A stretch of DNA of 63,763 bases, counting the filler, from Octopus bimaculoides (lineage: Eukaryota), in NCBI RefSeq assembly GCF_001194135.2. It is 5 parts of 5 records of this genome, joined end to end, with 100 filler letters (N's around TTAATTAATTAA, not from the genome) between each part and the next. Parts side by side here need not be neighbours in the genome. Positions count along the whole stretch, not along the records: positions 35,060 to 62,571 come from NC_068982.1; 4 more parts are not named here. One strand, 5' to 3'. Below the pieces are notes generated by a model that was not told the origin of the DNA, made no database searches, and saw only the letters and a program-made list of their open reading frames with translations. The first letter of the stretch is position 1. Each line of letters begins with the position of its first letter. The position numbers and the translations under genes are program-made. Below are positions 34,960 to 49,609 of this stretch, in pieces.

Positions 34960-36976
34960 NNNNNNNNNNNNNNNNNNNNNNNNNNNNNNNNNNNNNNNNN
35001 NNNTTAATTAATTAANNNNNNNNNNNNNNNNNNNNNNNNNNNNNNNNNNNNNNNNNNNNATCATCATCATCGTCATCATCACCAACACTACCACCAGCAC
35101 CAGTACCCCAACACTACCACCAGTACCAGTACCCCAACACTACCACCAGTACTAGCACCCCAACACTAACACCAGCAGCAGCGGCATCATCGAAACCACC
35201 AATACCACCACCACCACCACCACTACCGTCATCATCACCGTCGTCACCGTCGTCGTCATCATCTTTTCGGCGAATATTTTGATCATGGGGCAAAAAAGAA
35301 AAGAAAAAAAAACTCCAAACTAACCAAAAATAAAAATTCGGAGTGAATACATATAGATTTCTTACTTTAGGACACTAAGCCACATGTAGAAATGTATGAA
35401 GTAACACATTGCCACAATCGTCACCAGTAAATTGCTTGGTGCCTATTTTAATTCTCTATAAGGCTTACAGGCTGAGTAAGATGTCTGCTGTATATAAACA
35501 TAGAACGTCAGAGACGCAACTATCACAAACACATTTTACACGTCATCCTACCGAAGTCTTTCACTCCACTGCGCTCCATTTAAAATATATACATATGTTT
35601 TTAGCTTGTTTTTAACCTAAATAAAACTTCGTTTTGAAGCCTATAGATAACAAATGTTGGAATCTCGCTACATTCACCCGAAAGGGCAGAGAGGAGCGAG
35701 AGAGAGAGAGAGGGACGAGAGAAGATAATTACTATAAAAATTCAACGTTTAGAAACCGGAAGTGGTACCGAAGTGGCTTTGAAGGTCAACGGGGAGTAAT
35801 AAGGAAATTGGGATTTTGTGTTTTACAGTGAATATTTGGTAACCTAGGGGTGAACAGCTTTACACATAGGAATACACAGATATCACACACTTACAAACAC
35901 ATCTGTATACATCTGTGTGCGTGTATGCATACATACAAATGTATACATACATAGACATTCTTACATATTCATCTAACTACATTCGTACATTCATTCGTGC
36001 GTATGTATTCATATATACAAATTCATGCACACATACACACATACACACATACACACATACACACACATACATACATACATACATACATACATACATACAT
36101 ACGTAAATACATACGTATATACATGCATGCATACATACACACACACGCATACATACATACATACATACATACATACATACATACATACATACATACATAC
36201 CTAGATGATGTTGATAAAAGTTCCAATGAAGGAGCCTTGAATCTATGTTAGAGTCCAGCGGCTCTTTCTCTATGGACAAGAAATACAGAAATGAAACTGA
36301 TTGATAACATACATACAAACATGTATGCATGCATGCATACATACATNNNNNNNNNNNNNNNNNNNNNNNNNNNNNNNNNNNNNNNNNNNNNNNNNNNNNN
36401 NNNNNNNNNNNNNNNNNNNNNNNNNNNNNNNNNNNNNNNNNNNNNNNNNNNNNNNNNNNNNNNNNNNNNNNNNNNNNNNNNNNNNNNNNNNNNNNNNNNN
36501 NNNNNNNNNNNNNNNNNNNNNNNNNNNNNNNNNNNNNNNNNNNNNNNNNNNNNNNNNNNNNNNNNNNNNNNNNNNNNNNNNNNNNNNNNNNNNNNNNNNN
36601 NNNNNNNNNNNNNNNNNNNNNNNNNNNNNNNNNNNNNNNTCTCCCTGCCGTCGCTTGACAACCGATGCTGGAGTGTTTATGTCCCCGTAACTTAGCGGTT
36701 TGGCAAAAAGGAGGATAGAATAAGTCCTAGGGTCGATTTCTTCGACTAAAACCTTTCAAGGCAGTGCTCTAGCATGGCCTCAGTCAAATGACTGAAACAA
36801 GTAAAAGAATAAAAGAATAAATACATATATGTCTGTATACATTCAGATATACATTTGTGTTTCTTAATGCATGTTTACGAATACATATATATTTACATAC
36901 GTACATACATGCATACATACATACATACATACATACATGTACACACATATACGAGTTATGTGCGTGTGTGTGTGCA

Positions 36977-37013
<37 letters not shown>

Positions 37014-37319
37014 ATTGTGGTTATGGTGTTTTATTAAAGAGATGAGTACATCGTCTGCTTAATACTTTCTGCTGTTGTTGAATAAAATTTACGCTGTGAG
37101 ACGCCCCAATTACTCTGTTGATACCAGAACACATTGTAACTGTGGCAACACCAGGACACATTGTAACACTGTGGCAATGTAGTAAATAGAAAAGCTCTGA
37201 TCCATTTCTCTTCCATAATATTTAGTGTATGTATGTATGATTAAGGCGGGGAGCTGGCAGAAACGTTAGCACGCCGGGCAAAATGCTTAGCCACTCCTGC
37301 GCCTATATATATATATATA

Positions 37320-39000
37320 GGCGCACATCCCATGTAAGTAAATTTAGAGAGATTATGGGTAATAATTTTTGCTTGGTATACTACATCTTTCATTTTACAG
37401 TTTCCATCTACTTCACACGTACTTGGTTTTCTACAATTACAATTAGAATTATTAGTTGGTACTCTATTGTTATGTCTATATGTTTTAAGGGTAATTGAGT
37501 TTTGGTTATTCTGATAATTGTAGTTATTAGATATGGAATTATTGGAGTTACTAGGTATATTAGAAGGAGTTTTTAATAATAGAATTGGTCTAGTTCGTTA
37601 TTGTTAAATGAAGAGATGATCTTAAATAGGTTTGGGGATACTGAAAATCCAAATCTGATCATTTTGTTATTAAATATTTTTGCATATCTAGAGTTTTTAA
37701 AGTTATTTTTTAAATAATGTTTCTAATGGATTTAAGAAAATTAGATTTTAATTTTTTTGCAAACGGAATTATGATCCAAATGATGTTATTGTTGTTTTCT
37801 TTATTATCGTAGTGATTTATATTTTGTGAGTCATCTTTTCTTACATATGGTATAGGTTTTTTTTTCAATATTATTCCTAAATTTATTGATATGATTTTTG
37901 CGGTTATGTAAATTATTAGAATGATTAGATGTAGTGGGATAAGTTTGATTTTTTAAGTGTGTTGGTTTAATGTTCTTATTTCTATCTATAATTAATTGTT
38001 TTCGGTATTTATTGTCCGTATACTTGGGTCTACTTACATTAACAGTGTAGTTGGTGATTTGTGACTTCGTAAAATTTGTGTTATTTGTTCTTTTAGTGAG
38101 GTTATGGTTGTGGTGCTCATATTGATAGTGTTTACTATTATGTTTATTGTTGTTGCAGGATTTGTGTCTATTGCTGATGATTATTATTCAGAGAATTTAA
38201 TTGTTTGTCGGGGTTTTCTAATTCACCAGTTGATTTAGGCTCACTAACATGGTCGGTGTTGTTCTTATCTAGATAATTATTGGAATAATTAGAATAGGTG
38301 CTAATGTCTTTGCTTTACTTAATTCAATATTTGTATCACACCTTCTTAAGTGCTAGATTATAGTAGTGTTTATGTTTGTTAAACATTTCTTCATTGGATG
38401 ATAAGTTAATTCTACTTTCAATGTTAGAGGTTAGATTTTTTAATAATATTGTAAGGATGGTTACTTTGTGCATGTATGTATGTGATATTATTGTTAGGGT
38501 TATGGTAAGGTTGATAAGATGAAGTATTAAGGTTAAACTTAACGTTTAGGAAGTTTACTGAGTTGCTATCTTTTTCAATGGTGATGGCTAGTCCTTGGTT
38601 TTTGAAGAAATTATGTAATTTTCTTTTGCATAGCTCAAGTTTCCTGTTGGATGTATTTCTAACTAAGAATAGTGCATCGTCGCGATAAAGACCACCTTCC
38701 AATTCAGGGAATTCTTCTTTAAGTAAGTGTAAAAGGTAAATTCTGACTAAGTCGGTCACTTCCGCGGAGTTTTGCGCGCCCATGGGTATATCGAAACAAT
38801 CTGGACTATCCTTCCTAGTCCAATATTTACCTTGATGAGAGATTATAGTTTTTCTAGCTTCATTTATTATTTTGATTTCATTCATTGATATTTTAGTCCT
38901 ATTCTTTATAATTAAATTAATTTCTAATTTTTTTTTTACCATGTTATTTACATGCTAATATTACTGTTCGAAACAATCGTATGCATGGATTAAATTCTTT
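37320..39000 (-). mobile_element. Penelope-like retroelement (RT plus start of GIY-YIG endonuclease), degenerate
   Basis: ORF 38424-38942 contains FDIPMGA..SAE, GLYRDD, FLNV..L...YQPY and YIHAQSNHP. Downstream are KIFNNK.I.FGFS and CNCRKPSTCEVDGNC..KDVVYQAK....TYMG, the GIY-YIG entry motif. It is truncated at an (AT)n run. Confidence 0.85.
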
Positions 39001-39222
39001 TTAAACTTTCAACATCTTTTCTTCTATATCTTTAATTTTTTGTTGAGTTTCTATGGGATATATATTCTATAAATGCTTATAACACACCTTATACTCGTAG
39101 CATTTTCATATTCGAAAAATTCTTGCAACAGTAAGCTACCAATGTAATATGAAGAATTCTTTATTAGAAATCGACCTTTGAAACCCCACAAAGTAAAGGA
39201 TGAAATAGAACTCAACCTTTTC

Positions 39223-39265
<43 letters not shown>

Positions 39266-39759
39266 NNNNNNNNNNNNNNNNNNNNNNNNNNNNNNNNNNN
39301 NNNNNNNNNNNNNNNNNNNNNNNNNNNNNNNNNNNNNNNNNNNNNNNNNNNNNNNNNNNNNNNNNNNNNNNNNNNNNNNNNNNNNNNNNNNNNNNNNNNN
39401 NNNNNNNNNNNNNNNNNNNNNNNNNNNNNNNNNNNNNNNNNNNNNNNNNNNNNNNNNNNNNNNNNNNNNNNNNNNNNNNNNNNNNNNNNNNNNNNNNNNN
39501 NNNNNNNNNNNNNNNNNNNNNNNNNNNNNNNNNNNNNNNNNNNNNNNNNNNNNNNNNNNNNNNNNNNNNNNNNNNNNNNNNNNNNNNNNNNNNNNNNNNN
39601 NNNNNNNNNNNNNNNNNNNNNNNNNNNNNNNNNNNNNNNNNNNNNNNNNNNNNNNNNNNNNNNNNNNNNNNNNNAAGACACTTGCCCAAGGTGCCACGCA
39701 GTGGGACAGAACCCGGAACCATGTGGTTAGTAAGCAAGCTACTTACCACACAGCCACTC

Positions 39760-39839
<80 letters not shown>

Positions 39840-39875
39840 AACAAACAGGCTGTGCGTTGCGCTATATGGATGTAT

Positions 39876-40897
39876 CAATGATTGAAGAGACAGAACACAA
39901 CAAGGAGAAAAAGTTAAGCGAAAGCAGTGTAAGCAGGAAACAGTCGGGGAATGCAGACAAGGTCACGATACACGGAATATTCGCAGCTGAATTTTCCTCG
40001 TCAGTCAATGACCAAAATATAATCGTGGTTTCGCACCATTATCATTGAGACCACTCAAATTTGGTGGTGTCAGTGCTGTTATTAAGCTACAGGGAAAAAA
40101 ACCAGCGAATGCATATTGAGAGAAACTTTATTGTAAAAAATATTTCTTGAATATTTATTGTGCGAACTAACTCTAACTCTTTCCACCTCTACTTTTACTC
40201 TATCACTTTCTCTACTCTTACTCTCTCTCTTTCCACCCTTGCTTACCTCCCTTTTACATTCTCTTCCCTCTCTTTCACTCTGTTTCTCCACTCCCTCTGC
40301 TCCTTCCACTCCCCTCTCTGTATCCCAGTCTTTTCTTCTCTATATGCTTCCCCCGCACTACCACGTGATCGATGTCCAGTGAAGGAGGTGTCGTTCTTTT
40401 TCGCGCTACCTTTGGCCGGACTGGTCGCACTGGTCTTTGCTCCTGCTACGTCTTTAGGACTTACTCCATCTCACCCTGCGCTACCGCACTTGGTTTGTTT
40501 GATAGCTGCAAAGCTCTTTCCGTTGTATTTGTGGTATTTGTATAATTATTATGATTATTTTTCTTCTATTGTATATAGCGGTAAGGCTTCGCGTTGTTAT
40601 ATATGCATAATTCTTCGTTTGTGTATTTATATATGTTTTGTTTGTTTCTGTCTTAGCTTTTTTCCCAGTAGCTTAACAACTGCACTGGCGCCACCAAGAC
40701 TGAGTGGTCTCAATGATAATGGCGAGAAACCACGATGATATTTTGGTCATTAACGGACGAGGATAATTCAACTGCGAATATTCTGTGCATCGTGTCCTTG
40801 TCTATATTCCTCGTCTGTTAAGTTTTCGTCTTTTTTCCTGTTTGCTCTGGTTTCGTCTAACTTTTTCTCCTTCTTGTGTTCTCTTTGTTCAATTATT
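39876..40897. repeat. Long fold-back element with ~225-240 bp inverted arms and a ~560 bp spacer
   Basis: 39876-40099 aligns at roughly 80% to the reverse complement of 40658-40897 (e.g. gaatattcgcag.tgaatt.tcctcgtc.gt.aatgaccaaaatat.atcgtggttt...cattatcattgagaccactca), with one ~15-nt indel. Confidence 0.85.
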
Positions 40898-41017
40898 AAC
40901 ACACACACACACAAACATATATATATATATATATATATATGTACATATATATACGCATATATATATACATACTCACACACATATATATATATGTATATAT
41001 ATTTACATATACATACA

Positions 41018-41053
<36 letters not shown>

Positions 41054-41110
41054 TATATATTTAAAATAAATCTCTGAGCGAGTTATAAACAGTAGCTGCA
41101 CGACATCGGG

Positions 41111-41316
41111 AAGTATATTTGCCACCTAAATGTGGCTAACCCTTAAGGGGCGATGCTACTGTAAGTTGTAGCCCCAGGAAGACATCTCCCTTTGCAAATA
41201 CTGATAGGGCATAGGTAGTGTGTCAATAGCCAGCAGGAGGAGATGTCTTCCTGGGGCTACAAGCTACAGTGGCTAACTCCTTAAGGGTTAGCCACATTTA
41301 GGTGGTAAATATACTT
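41111..41316. mobile_element. MITE: ~79-bp inverted arms, ~49-bp loop, TA-flanked
   Basis: aagtatatttgccacctaaatgtggctaacccttaagg...ccccaggaagacatctcc (41111-41189) pairs with 41239-41316. Confidence 0.85.
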
Positions 41317-41319
41317 AAA

Positions 41320-41354
<35 letters not shown>

Positions 41355-42286
41355 CAAGAATAACTACTACTGCTTTGTATTTTGTGATTGTGCTGAATAT
41401 CAGCTAACAGTGATATGAAATCGTTTTGTGTAAGCAACAAAACAACCAGCCTTATAAGAGAGAATAGTATGTGGTATAAAAGCTCTGTACATTTTCATTC
41501 GCGGTGAGGGAGCAAGCGGAGTGGCAGAAAAATTCAAATATAATTAGACGCCTCCGTCACATTCCAGTTTTTAATGTTTCTGAATGAAGAAGCATTATTG
41601 TAAAATGTCTTGGATTCTCTTCATTTTTGAGTGGTATTCAGGTTTTGGCTTGTTGAATTAACTTCTGCTTCCTGTATGATCGCTTCTTTCTCTTTTTCAT
41701 TTTTTAGTTAATGGACATGGGAGTGTCAATGACCCGTTACAGAAACTCCACGAACTGGTGGGAATGAGGGAGGAAGGTATCTTCAAACCAGATGCCTGAC
41801 CTGAAGGCAGCCAATGTACCATAAGTCTACCATCTATGTAAGCCATGACAGGATTTGAATTCAGAACGCAAAGTACTGGTACAAATGCCATAAGGCACCC
41901 TGTCCGTCTGTCCATCGCTTTCGATTGGTACTCTTTTGATCGATCCCGAAACGATTAAGGGTAATGTTGGCCTCGGTGGAGTTTGAACTCAGAGCGCAAA
42001 GAATCAGAAGAAATATTGCGAAACTTTCTGTCCGACGTTCTAACGTCAATTCGTCGCCTATATTGAAGGATTGATTTCACAGGTATATATTGGTGTCTCT
42101 ACATGAACAGTCGGCTTCAGTGAATTTGCAGGGTTCATGGGATATAATATTTTTCATATTAGCAGTACTGCTATTGCATAAGATTGTGTCTGCTAAATAG
42201 CATCTTATATGTATAACTGGGACTTAACTTTTAGTGAGCAGACGGGTGTAAATTAATGAGTAATATAATAAATTGCGTTGCTACGC

Positions 42287-42319
<33 letters not shown>

Positions 42320-42424
42320 GTCGATTTGTTCGACTAAAGACTGAAACAAATGAAAGAGTAAAACAGTAAAAAAGAATATATATATATATANNNNNNNNNN
42401 NNNNNNNNNNNNNNNNNATATATT

Positions 42425-42458
<34 letters not shown>

Positions 42459-42549
42459 TGTATGTATGTATGTGTGTGTGTGTATGTGTATACATATATT
42501 CATATTATGTGTATGCATATAAGTATTTATGTATATAAATACCCCACAT

Positions 42550-42608
<59 letters not shown>

Positions 42609-42617
42609 CACCATCAG

Positions 42618-42700
42618 ACACGCACTCAGTTAATGCCACACACACACGCACTCAGTTAATGCCACACACACACGCACACAGTTACTGCCACACACACAAA
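42618..42700. repeat. ~28-bp minisatellite (cacgcactcagttaatgccacacacaca) x3
   Basis: Directly visible. The third unit is diverged. Confidence 0.7.
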
Positions 42701-43439
42701 CGCACACACACATGCCACTACCACCACACGCACACACACACACACACGCTATCACACGCACACACACACATGCTATCCACACGCGCTCACACCCACACGC
42801 GCTTCTCTTTATCCATCTACTTCCGGTCATTCCAAAATGTAACTATATGTGGATTGTTGGCGATTTTTTTCTTCCGTCTTTCTTTTCTTTTGAACTTTCC
42901 TCTGTCTCCTGTTTCTGAAGAAGAGCTTTGCTCGAAACATAAAACACCCTTCCTTTCCTTCACTGAGCGTCTTTATAATGCATTCATGTACCACGTCCTT
43001 GCGTTGTTTTATCTTGTTTTCTCGTTTTTTTTTTATTAACTATGTTTACACACACACACACGCATATATGTGTATTTGTGTTTATGCGCGCATTTGTACG
43101 TGCATGTACAATACTAGATGTATGATAAAAGTCTCTGAAAATGAAACTAACTTTCCTGGCTTGGCTACCAACAACTTCCGGTTAGGCATTTTTGTTTTAT
43201 CTGCTGACTCCTAGGCTTTTCGCATGTTACGATAATTCTAAATATAACTATAACGCGTTATCCAGGCACATACATATACACACACAAACACATAGCAAAC
43301 ATAAATATAAATATATTTTTGGTTTCTTTCGATCAAATCTATTGTATTTCATTCTATTTGCATTGAGTAATCCAGTCACGTCAAGTATTTTAATTATAAT
43401 CTTGTATTCTCTTCATAAGGTGTTGAATAACAAAAGAAT

Positions 43440-43491
<52 letters not shown>

Positions 43492-43738
43492 NNNNNNNNN
43501 NNNNNNNNNNNNNNNNNNNNNNNNNNNNNNNNNNNNNNNNNNNNNNNNNNNNNNNNNNNNNNNNNNNNNNNNNNNNNNCTCACAAACAAACAAAGTAGCT
43601 AATTTTATTTACATAGTTTTACATAGTTTTCAATTACCTTCCAAATTTTTCAATTACGTGCAACTCAAATTTCTTTCCAACACGTGGTTTTTACTTAATC
43701 CTATATTATTCAATTTATCCTTCGCACACACACACACA

Positions 43739-43784
<46 letters not shown>

Positions 43785-44487
43785 CACATGTATGAAGGAA
43801 AATGTATTTGTATATATATAAAGGTGAAATGAAATCCTCTATCTCGAAACTCTTCTGAAATGTGATCAAATAATGCAGGGGTTCTCAACCGAGTGCAGTT
43901 AGACTGCTCTATAAAACTGCTTTCGCATTGAAAGGGTTAAACTTAAAGAAGCTCTTACTTTGTCGCTTGAGATACTAGAAATAGCAGCAAAATCTCTTTT
44001 GAATGACAACCCACAATCCCAAAAGAGGAGGACACATTGGATAATTTTCGCTTGGTGGCCCTAAAGTAGCAGATGAGTACATCTGAAATATCTTTGGTCA
44101 TAATCTTTGGTTTTTCTCGATCAGGGTTGGCCTGGACTATGGTTAAACAATTATATCATTATCATCAACTAAAACAACGCCCGTGTCTATTTTTTTTTAG
44201 CTTTTTTTCAAGGTGATCTTTGTTTATAGCTTACATTTTCCACTTTATCACTTTATCAACTGCTGTAATTTTGTTTGGAGGTCAAGGAAAAAATTTTCCT
44301 TGGCAGAGTGCAACATTCAGTTTGTTTTTCATTGAGGATGTTGCTTTTGTTTTTTGTTTTTTTGGAATATATTCATTGTTGTTTAACATTTTCGTATACA
44401 ACACAAAAATGGACAACAACAGAAGAACAACTGGTAACATCTTTTAGAAGCTTGTTGTTTATTTCACCTATACATACATACATACGT

Positions 44488-44861
44488 GGAGGCGCAATGA
44501 CCCAGTGGTTAGAGCAGCGGACTCGCGGTCGTAGGATCGCGGTTTCGATTCTCACTCGTTGTATTTATTGAGCGAAAACACCTAAAGCTCCACGAGGCTC
44601 CAGCAGGGGTGGGGGTGGGGGTGGCGAACCCTGCTGTACTCTTTCACCACAACTTTCTCTCATTCTTTCTTCCTGTTTCTGTGTACCTGTATTTCGAAGG
44701 GCCAGCCTTGTCACACTGTGTCACGCTGAATCTCCCCGAGAACTACGTTGGGAGTACGCGTGTCTGTGGAGTGCTCAGCCACTTGCACGTTAATTTCACG
44801 AGTAGGCTGTTCCGTTGAGCAGAACAACTGGAACCCGCGTCGTCGTAACCGACGGAGTGCC
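44488..44861 (+). mobile_element. SINE family D, full length
   Basis: tRNA-like head with an A box (tgacccagtgg) and B-box-like ggtttcgatt. The body matches 25629-25979 in reverse complement. Confidence 0.8.
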
Positions 44862-45245
44862 GCACACACACACACACACACNNNNNNNNNNNNNNNNNNN
44901 NNNNNNNNNNNNNNNNNNNNNNNNNNNNNNNNNNNNNNNNNNNNNNNNNNNNNNNNNNNNNNNNNNNNNNNNNNNNNNNNNNNNNNNNNNNNNNNNNNNN
45001 NNNNNNNNNNNNNNNNNNNNNNNNNNNNNNNNNNNNNNNNNNNNNNNNNNNNNNNNNNNNNNNNNNNNNNNNNNNNNNNNNNNNNNNNNNNNNNNNNNNN
45101 NNNNNNNNNNNNNNNNNNNNNNNNNNNNNNNNNNNNNNNNNNNNNNNNNNNNNNNNNNNNNNNNNNNNNNNNNNNNNNNNNNNNNNNNNNNNNNNNNNNN
45201 NNNNNNNNNNNNNNNNNNNNNNNNNNNNNNNNNNNNNNNNNNNNN

Positions 45246-45316
<71 letters not shown>

Positions 45317-47739
45317 GATAAAACTTATTGGGATGTATGTATATGTGTGTGTGTGTGTGTCTGTGTCTGCGTTTGTCCCACCACACCATTGTTTCACACC
45401 GATGTTGATGCGTTTGCGTCTCTGTAATTTAGCTGCTCAGCAGAAGAGATTGATAGAATAAACACCAGGCTTACATGGAATAAGTCCAGCGGTCAATTTC
45501 TTCGACTAAGGGGCGGTGCTCCAGCATGGCCACCGTCAAATGACTGAAACAAGTAAAAGAATAAAAGAATACCAGAAAAACATTCCGTACCACGAAATCA
45601 AGAAGGTTCTTTGTAGGATGTATTCTAAGGTTAAATAGTAATTCCGTTTACGTTTGTGTAACAGATATTTTGGTTGGATTATATAGTCATTGGTGTTACA
45701 TTACTTTCTATATTCTGTAACTGTCACAATAAACTTTTCTAGGCCTGAAATTTTTATGGGGAGGGGGCCAGTTGATTAGATCGACCCCAGTACCCAACTC
45801 GTACTTAATTTATCGATCTCCAAAGGACGAAAGGCAAAGTCGACTTTGGCAGAATTTGAACTCAGAACGTAAAGACAGACATTTCTCATGGCACCAGTAC
45901 ACTGTTTACAGACGCTTACGTTTTTAATGTTTTCCGTGAATTTTTCACGGGTCCAGCGAGTAAAAATATAAATGTACTACAATGGCTTATAAATTGCTCC
46001 GAAATAAATTAAGATATGCAAGGCTGAATCTGAATGTTGATAATGTAGTAAGCTGACAAAGAAAGGGAAAGGGAGAGAGAAAGAGAGAGATAGTTGGAGG
46101 TAAGGGGGAGAGTAAAACAGGAGAAAGAAACAGGAGAGGTGGAGAGAGAGAGAGAGAGTGAGTGAGAGAGGAGAAAGAAACGGAAGAGGTGGAGAGAGTG
46201 AGTGAGTGAGAGAGAGAGAGAGAGAGAGACGCCAAGAATATTTCCTCGTGTAAAATATTGTTTTTCTTTGATATTTCTTTCTGTCGGTTGCTATAGGTTC
46301 AAGCAATTACGTAAAACTACAAACATGATAATTTTATTTGGCTTCTGTTCAGATATCTCATTTGATGTTCATCATAAAGCATCCTATAAGTCAGTGCCTC
46401 GTTTCCGTTTTGTTATTTTGCTTTTTTTCTCGATTGACTCATTATAGATATTATTATTGCAAGCCTTGCGTTTGGAAACGAGAAAAATACAGCAAACACA
46501 AAAACAAGCAAAAACAACAAAAACACCAACCCACAGAAATAAAATAACGTTCACAAATCATTTTAAAAACAAGAAATCTTCCAGTTACATTAATATAGAC
46601 GTGTGAATCAACTCACAGATATTTATTTTCTTGTTTTCGAAATATCTTTGCAATCCTTGTCGGTACAATGGCTTAATGATTTAGTAAATGATTCTCGCGT
46701 TTCAGCAATGAATATTCCAGGTTTTGCAGACTCACTGAATTATAGTGTGACTGAGTATTCTGTTGGCTTCCTTGAATCCTTTAACATAATCCTCGGACAT
46801 AAACAGCGTGATATAGTATGTGTGTACAGAGCCTACGAGAAGTGGGGTGGTAGTGGGTTTTTTGGCGGTATATCGTTCTGGGACAAGGAGCTAAGGAGAG
46901 GTCCGTGAATGTCTGACGATCTCATAATAAACTAGAAAAGCACTCGGAGAGCGCAGACCTCCACCAAACCAACAGGAGCAGCACTACGACGACCACCACC
47001 ACTAGCACCATATCACAATCACCACAACTATCCTACCACTATAACCACCACTACAACAACCGACATCATCGGCAACATTGTCATTGCTTCCACTTCAACC
47101 ACATACACCGCCATCAACGTTATCATGACAGTTACCTTGACAGTCACTTTCACCACCACAACCAGTATAACCACTGCGATACCACCATCATACAACTAAC
47201 ACTATCATCAACACCACTATTACCACCATCATCTCAGCATCACACATCACATCGCTCCTGTCGCCATTATAACCACCAATATTATTTTATCCTCCTCCCA
47301 TACTTATCTCGACCATCGTCATCATCAACACTGTCTCTGCTTTCACCACAATCACCGTCAAAACTACGATCACCACAATTAGTTTCTTTAATTAGTTGAA
47401 AATCCATTATCCGATACTCATGGGACCGAGATTGTTGCGGATTTTTGATTTTTCTAATTTCGGAGTGCTTTATTAAAAAAAAAAAAATTACATCTACAAA
47501 GCGGAACAGTTTGAGGATAAAAATCAGGTCTAAACACAATAGCTTATAGACATGTTTTGAATGTAGTTCTATATAAATCTTTAATAATTTTTTTTTAATA
47601 CTTAAGACCATCAGAAATATTAAGATATCAGCCTCTACCCACGTTGTCATGCTTTGATTAAAAGGTTACAGCATAGATTAGATTACTTAGATAAGTTTCG
47701 GTCGAAGTTGACTCAGGCCATGTCTAATTTAATAGCAGC

Positions 47740-48160
47740 ATCTGGAAGAGATACACAGTCAGCTCTGGGGAACCGTAGCTCATTCAAGCAAAGGGTTATT
47801 GTTTTCAGAGACATATCTGGGTGTGGGTGGTTTATCTGGTGTTTGTTGTGGGTAATCATCTAGGGATCGTTTGAATGCCGAGAAGTCACTTTCCTCCTTT
47901 ATGTGTGTCTGGCACGATGTTGAGAGCAGGGCCAATTGAGGTAAAATAGTTCTGTCATAATGTTGTGATACGACACGAACATTTCTGTAGTGGACAGATG
48001 GCACGGGGGCCAAGCCTCGGACGAATTTTAAAGATGGGCAATGTTGATGGAATATTTTCCACATCATACAGATGATATAGAGCTCACAGCGGCGGTGGAG
48101 GGAGCAAAGCCTGAGCTTTTTGAGTCGATCCCAATAGTCAAAGCTTGTCATATCATCCTT
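47740..48160 (-). mobile_element. CR1/L2-group LINE 3' fragment
   Basis: YWDRLKKLRLCSLHRRCELYIICMMWKIF...FSAFKRSLD...PDKPP is a typical C-terminus of this group. Confidence 0.7.
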
Positions 48161-49391
48161 CGCAGACCTCCCCCAAGCAGTTCATTTTAAGGTAGATACG
48201 CGAGTAAAATTACTAACAGAGAAACGAAAATAAACTTTGGAATCAGCAACGCCACCATAGGTTATGTGCAAACGATGAACGTGTTTTCAAGGGAGATAAT
48301 CAAAGAACGTAACATTGTAATACTTCATGTAAAGTAAACATAACANNNNNNNNNNNNNNNNNNNNNNNNNNNNNNNNNNNNNNNNNNNNNNNNNNNNNNN
48401 NNNNNNNNNNNNNNNNNNNNNNNNNNNNNNNNNNNNNNNNNNNNNNNNNNNNNNNNNNNNNNNNNNNNNNNNNNNNNNNNNNNNNNNNNNNNNNNNNNNN
48501 NNNNNNNNNNNNNNNNNNNNNNNNNGCAAAGTTGACCTAGGCAGAGTTTGAACTCAGAATGTAATAAGTCGGAAGAAATACCGCTTGGCATTTTGTTCGA
48601 CGCACGAACGATTCTGCCACCTCGACGCCTTAAATAAATAATTCTTTTTGCTATAGGCACATGTCCTGAAAATTTTGTGGGAAGTAGACTAGTCAATTAC
48701 TCCAGTGCTCAACTGGTACTTACTGTATCGACCTTGAGAGGATAAATGACAAAGTCGATTTTGGTGGAATTTGAACTGAGAATATAAAGAGTCGGAAGAA
48801 ATGCCACTAAACGTTTTGTCCAGCGTGCTAACAGTTCAGCCAATTCACTGCCTTAACTAAAATAAGCAGCCGTTTTCTGCCTTGCAATATTTTCCTCGGA
48901 ACCCCGGTTTGTGTGACAAGTCTGGAAGCCCTTTCAATCTGTACGTTAGTCCATCCGACGAGCTTCTATACAGTTTCCGTCCATTGAATTTCTCTGATAA
49001 GACTTGGATCGATGTTTATAGTAGCAGACACTTGCACGAAGTGCTGTGCTTTTTAAGTGAATCGGCGACACCATGATTGCAAAGTGAACTTACTCGCTAT
49101 TTAGCCATGCCATCTTATAATAATTGTTGACCATGTTAAAAGTATTGGCCATGTTTCTCAGTTTATAAAGTTGTTCTGGTGAATGTGCGTGGCTTAGTGG
49201 TTAGGGTAATTAGCTCACAGTCGTAAGGTTGTGAGTTCAATTCCCGGCGGTGTGCTGTGTCCTTGAGCAAGACACTTTATTTCACGTTGCTCCAGTCTAC
49301 TCAGCTGGTAAAAACGAGTAGTATTTGTATTTCAAAGAGCCATCCTTGTCACATTCTGTGTCGCTGAATCTCCCTTAGAACTAAGTACATA

Positions 49392-49609
49392 TACAAGAGG
49401 GGGTACTAAAACGTTCCTGTCTTTAAGCGTATCACGAAAGGCCTGATTGCAGGCCCAACCTTCCGAGTTCTTTTGCAGGGCTTAGAAAAACTAAAGAACC
49501 ACTGCAATAAGTGTGTGAATCTGAGAGGGGAATACGCTGAATAAAATCATAACTGATCCTCTTGTATTTTCTTTTACAGAAGGCAAGAACTTTTCAGCAT
49601 CCCCTCGTA
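49392..49609 (+). mobile_element. Mariner deletion derivative (~220 bp)
   Basis: Left TIR tacaagagggggtactaaaacgttc matches the right TIR reverse complement tacgaggggatgctgaaaagttc. The interior retains GLEKLKNHCNKCVNLRGEYAE*, the mariner C-terminus. Confidence 0.7.

Noticed and set aside
44488-44560. tRNA gene
   Set aside because: It has A/B boxes but no complete cloverleaf, and it continues into a ~370-bp body shared with 25629-25979. It is a SINE head. The remnant at ~54933-54990 was rejected likewise.
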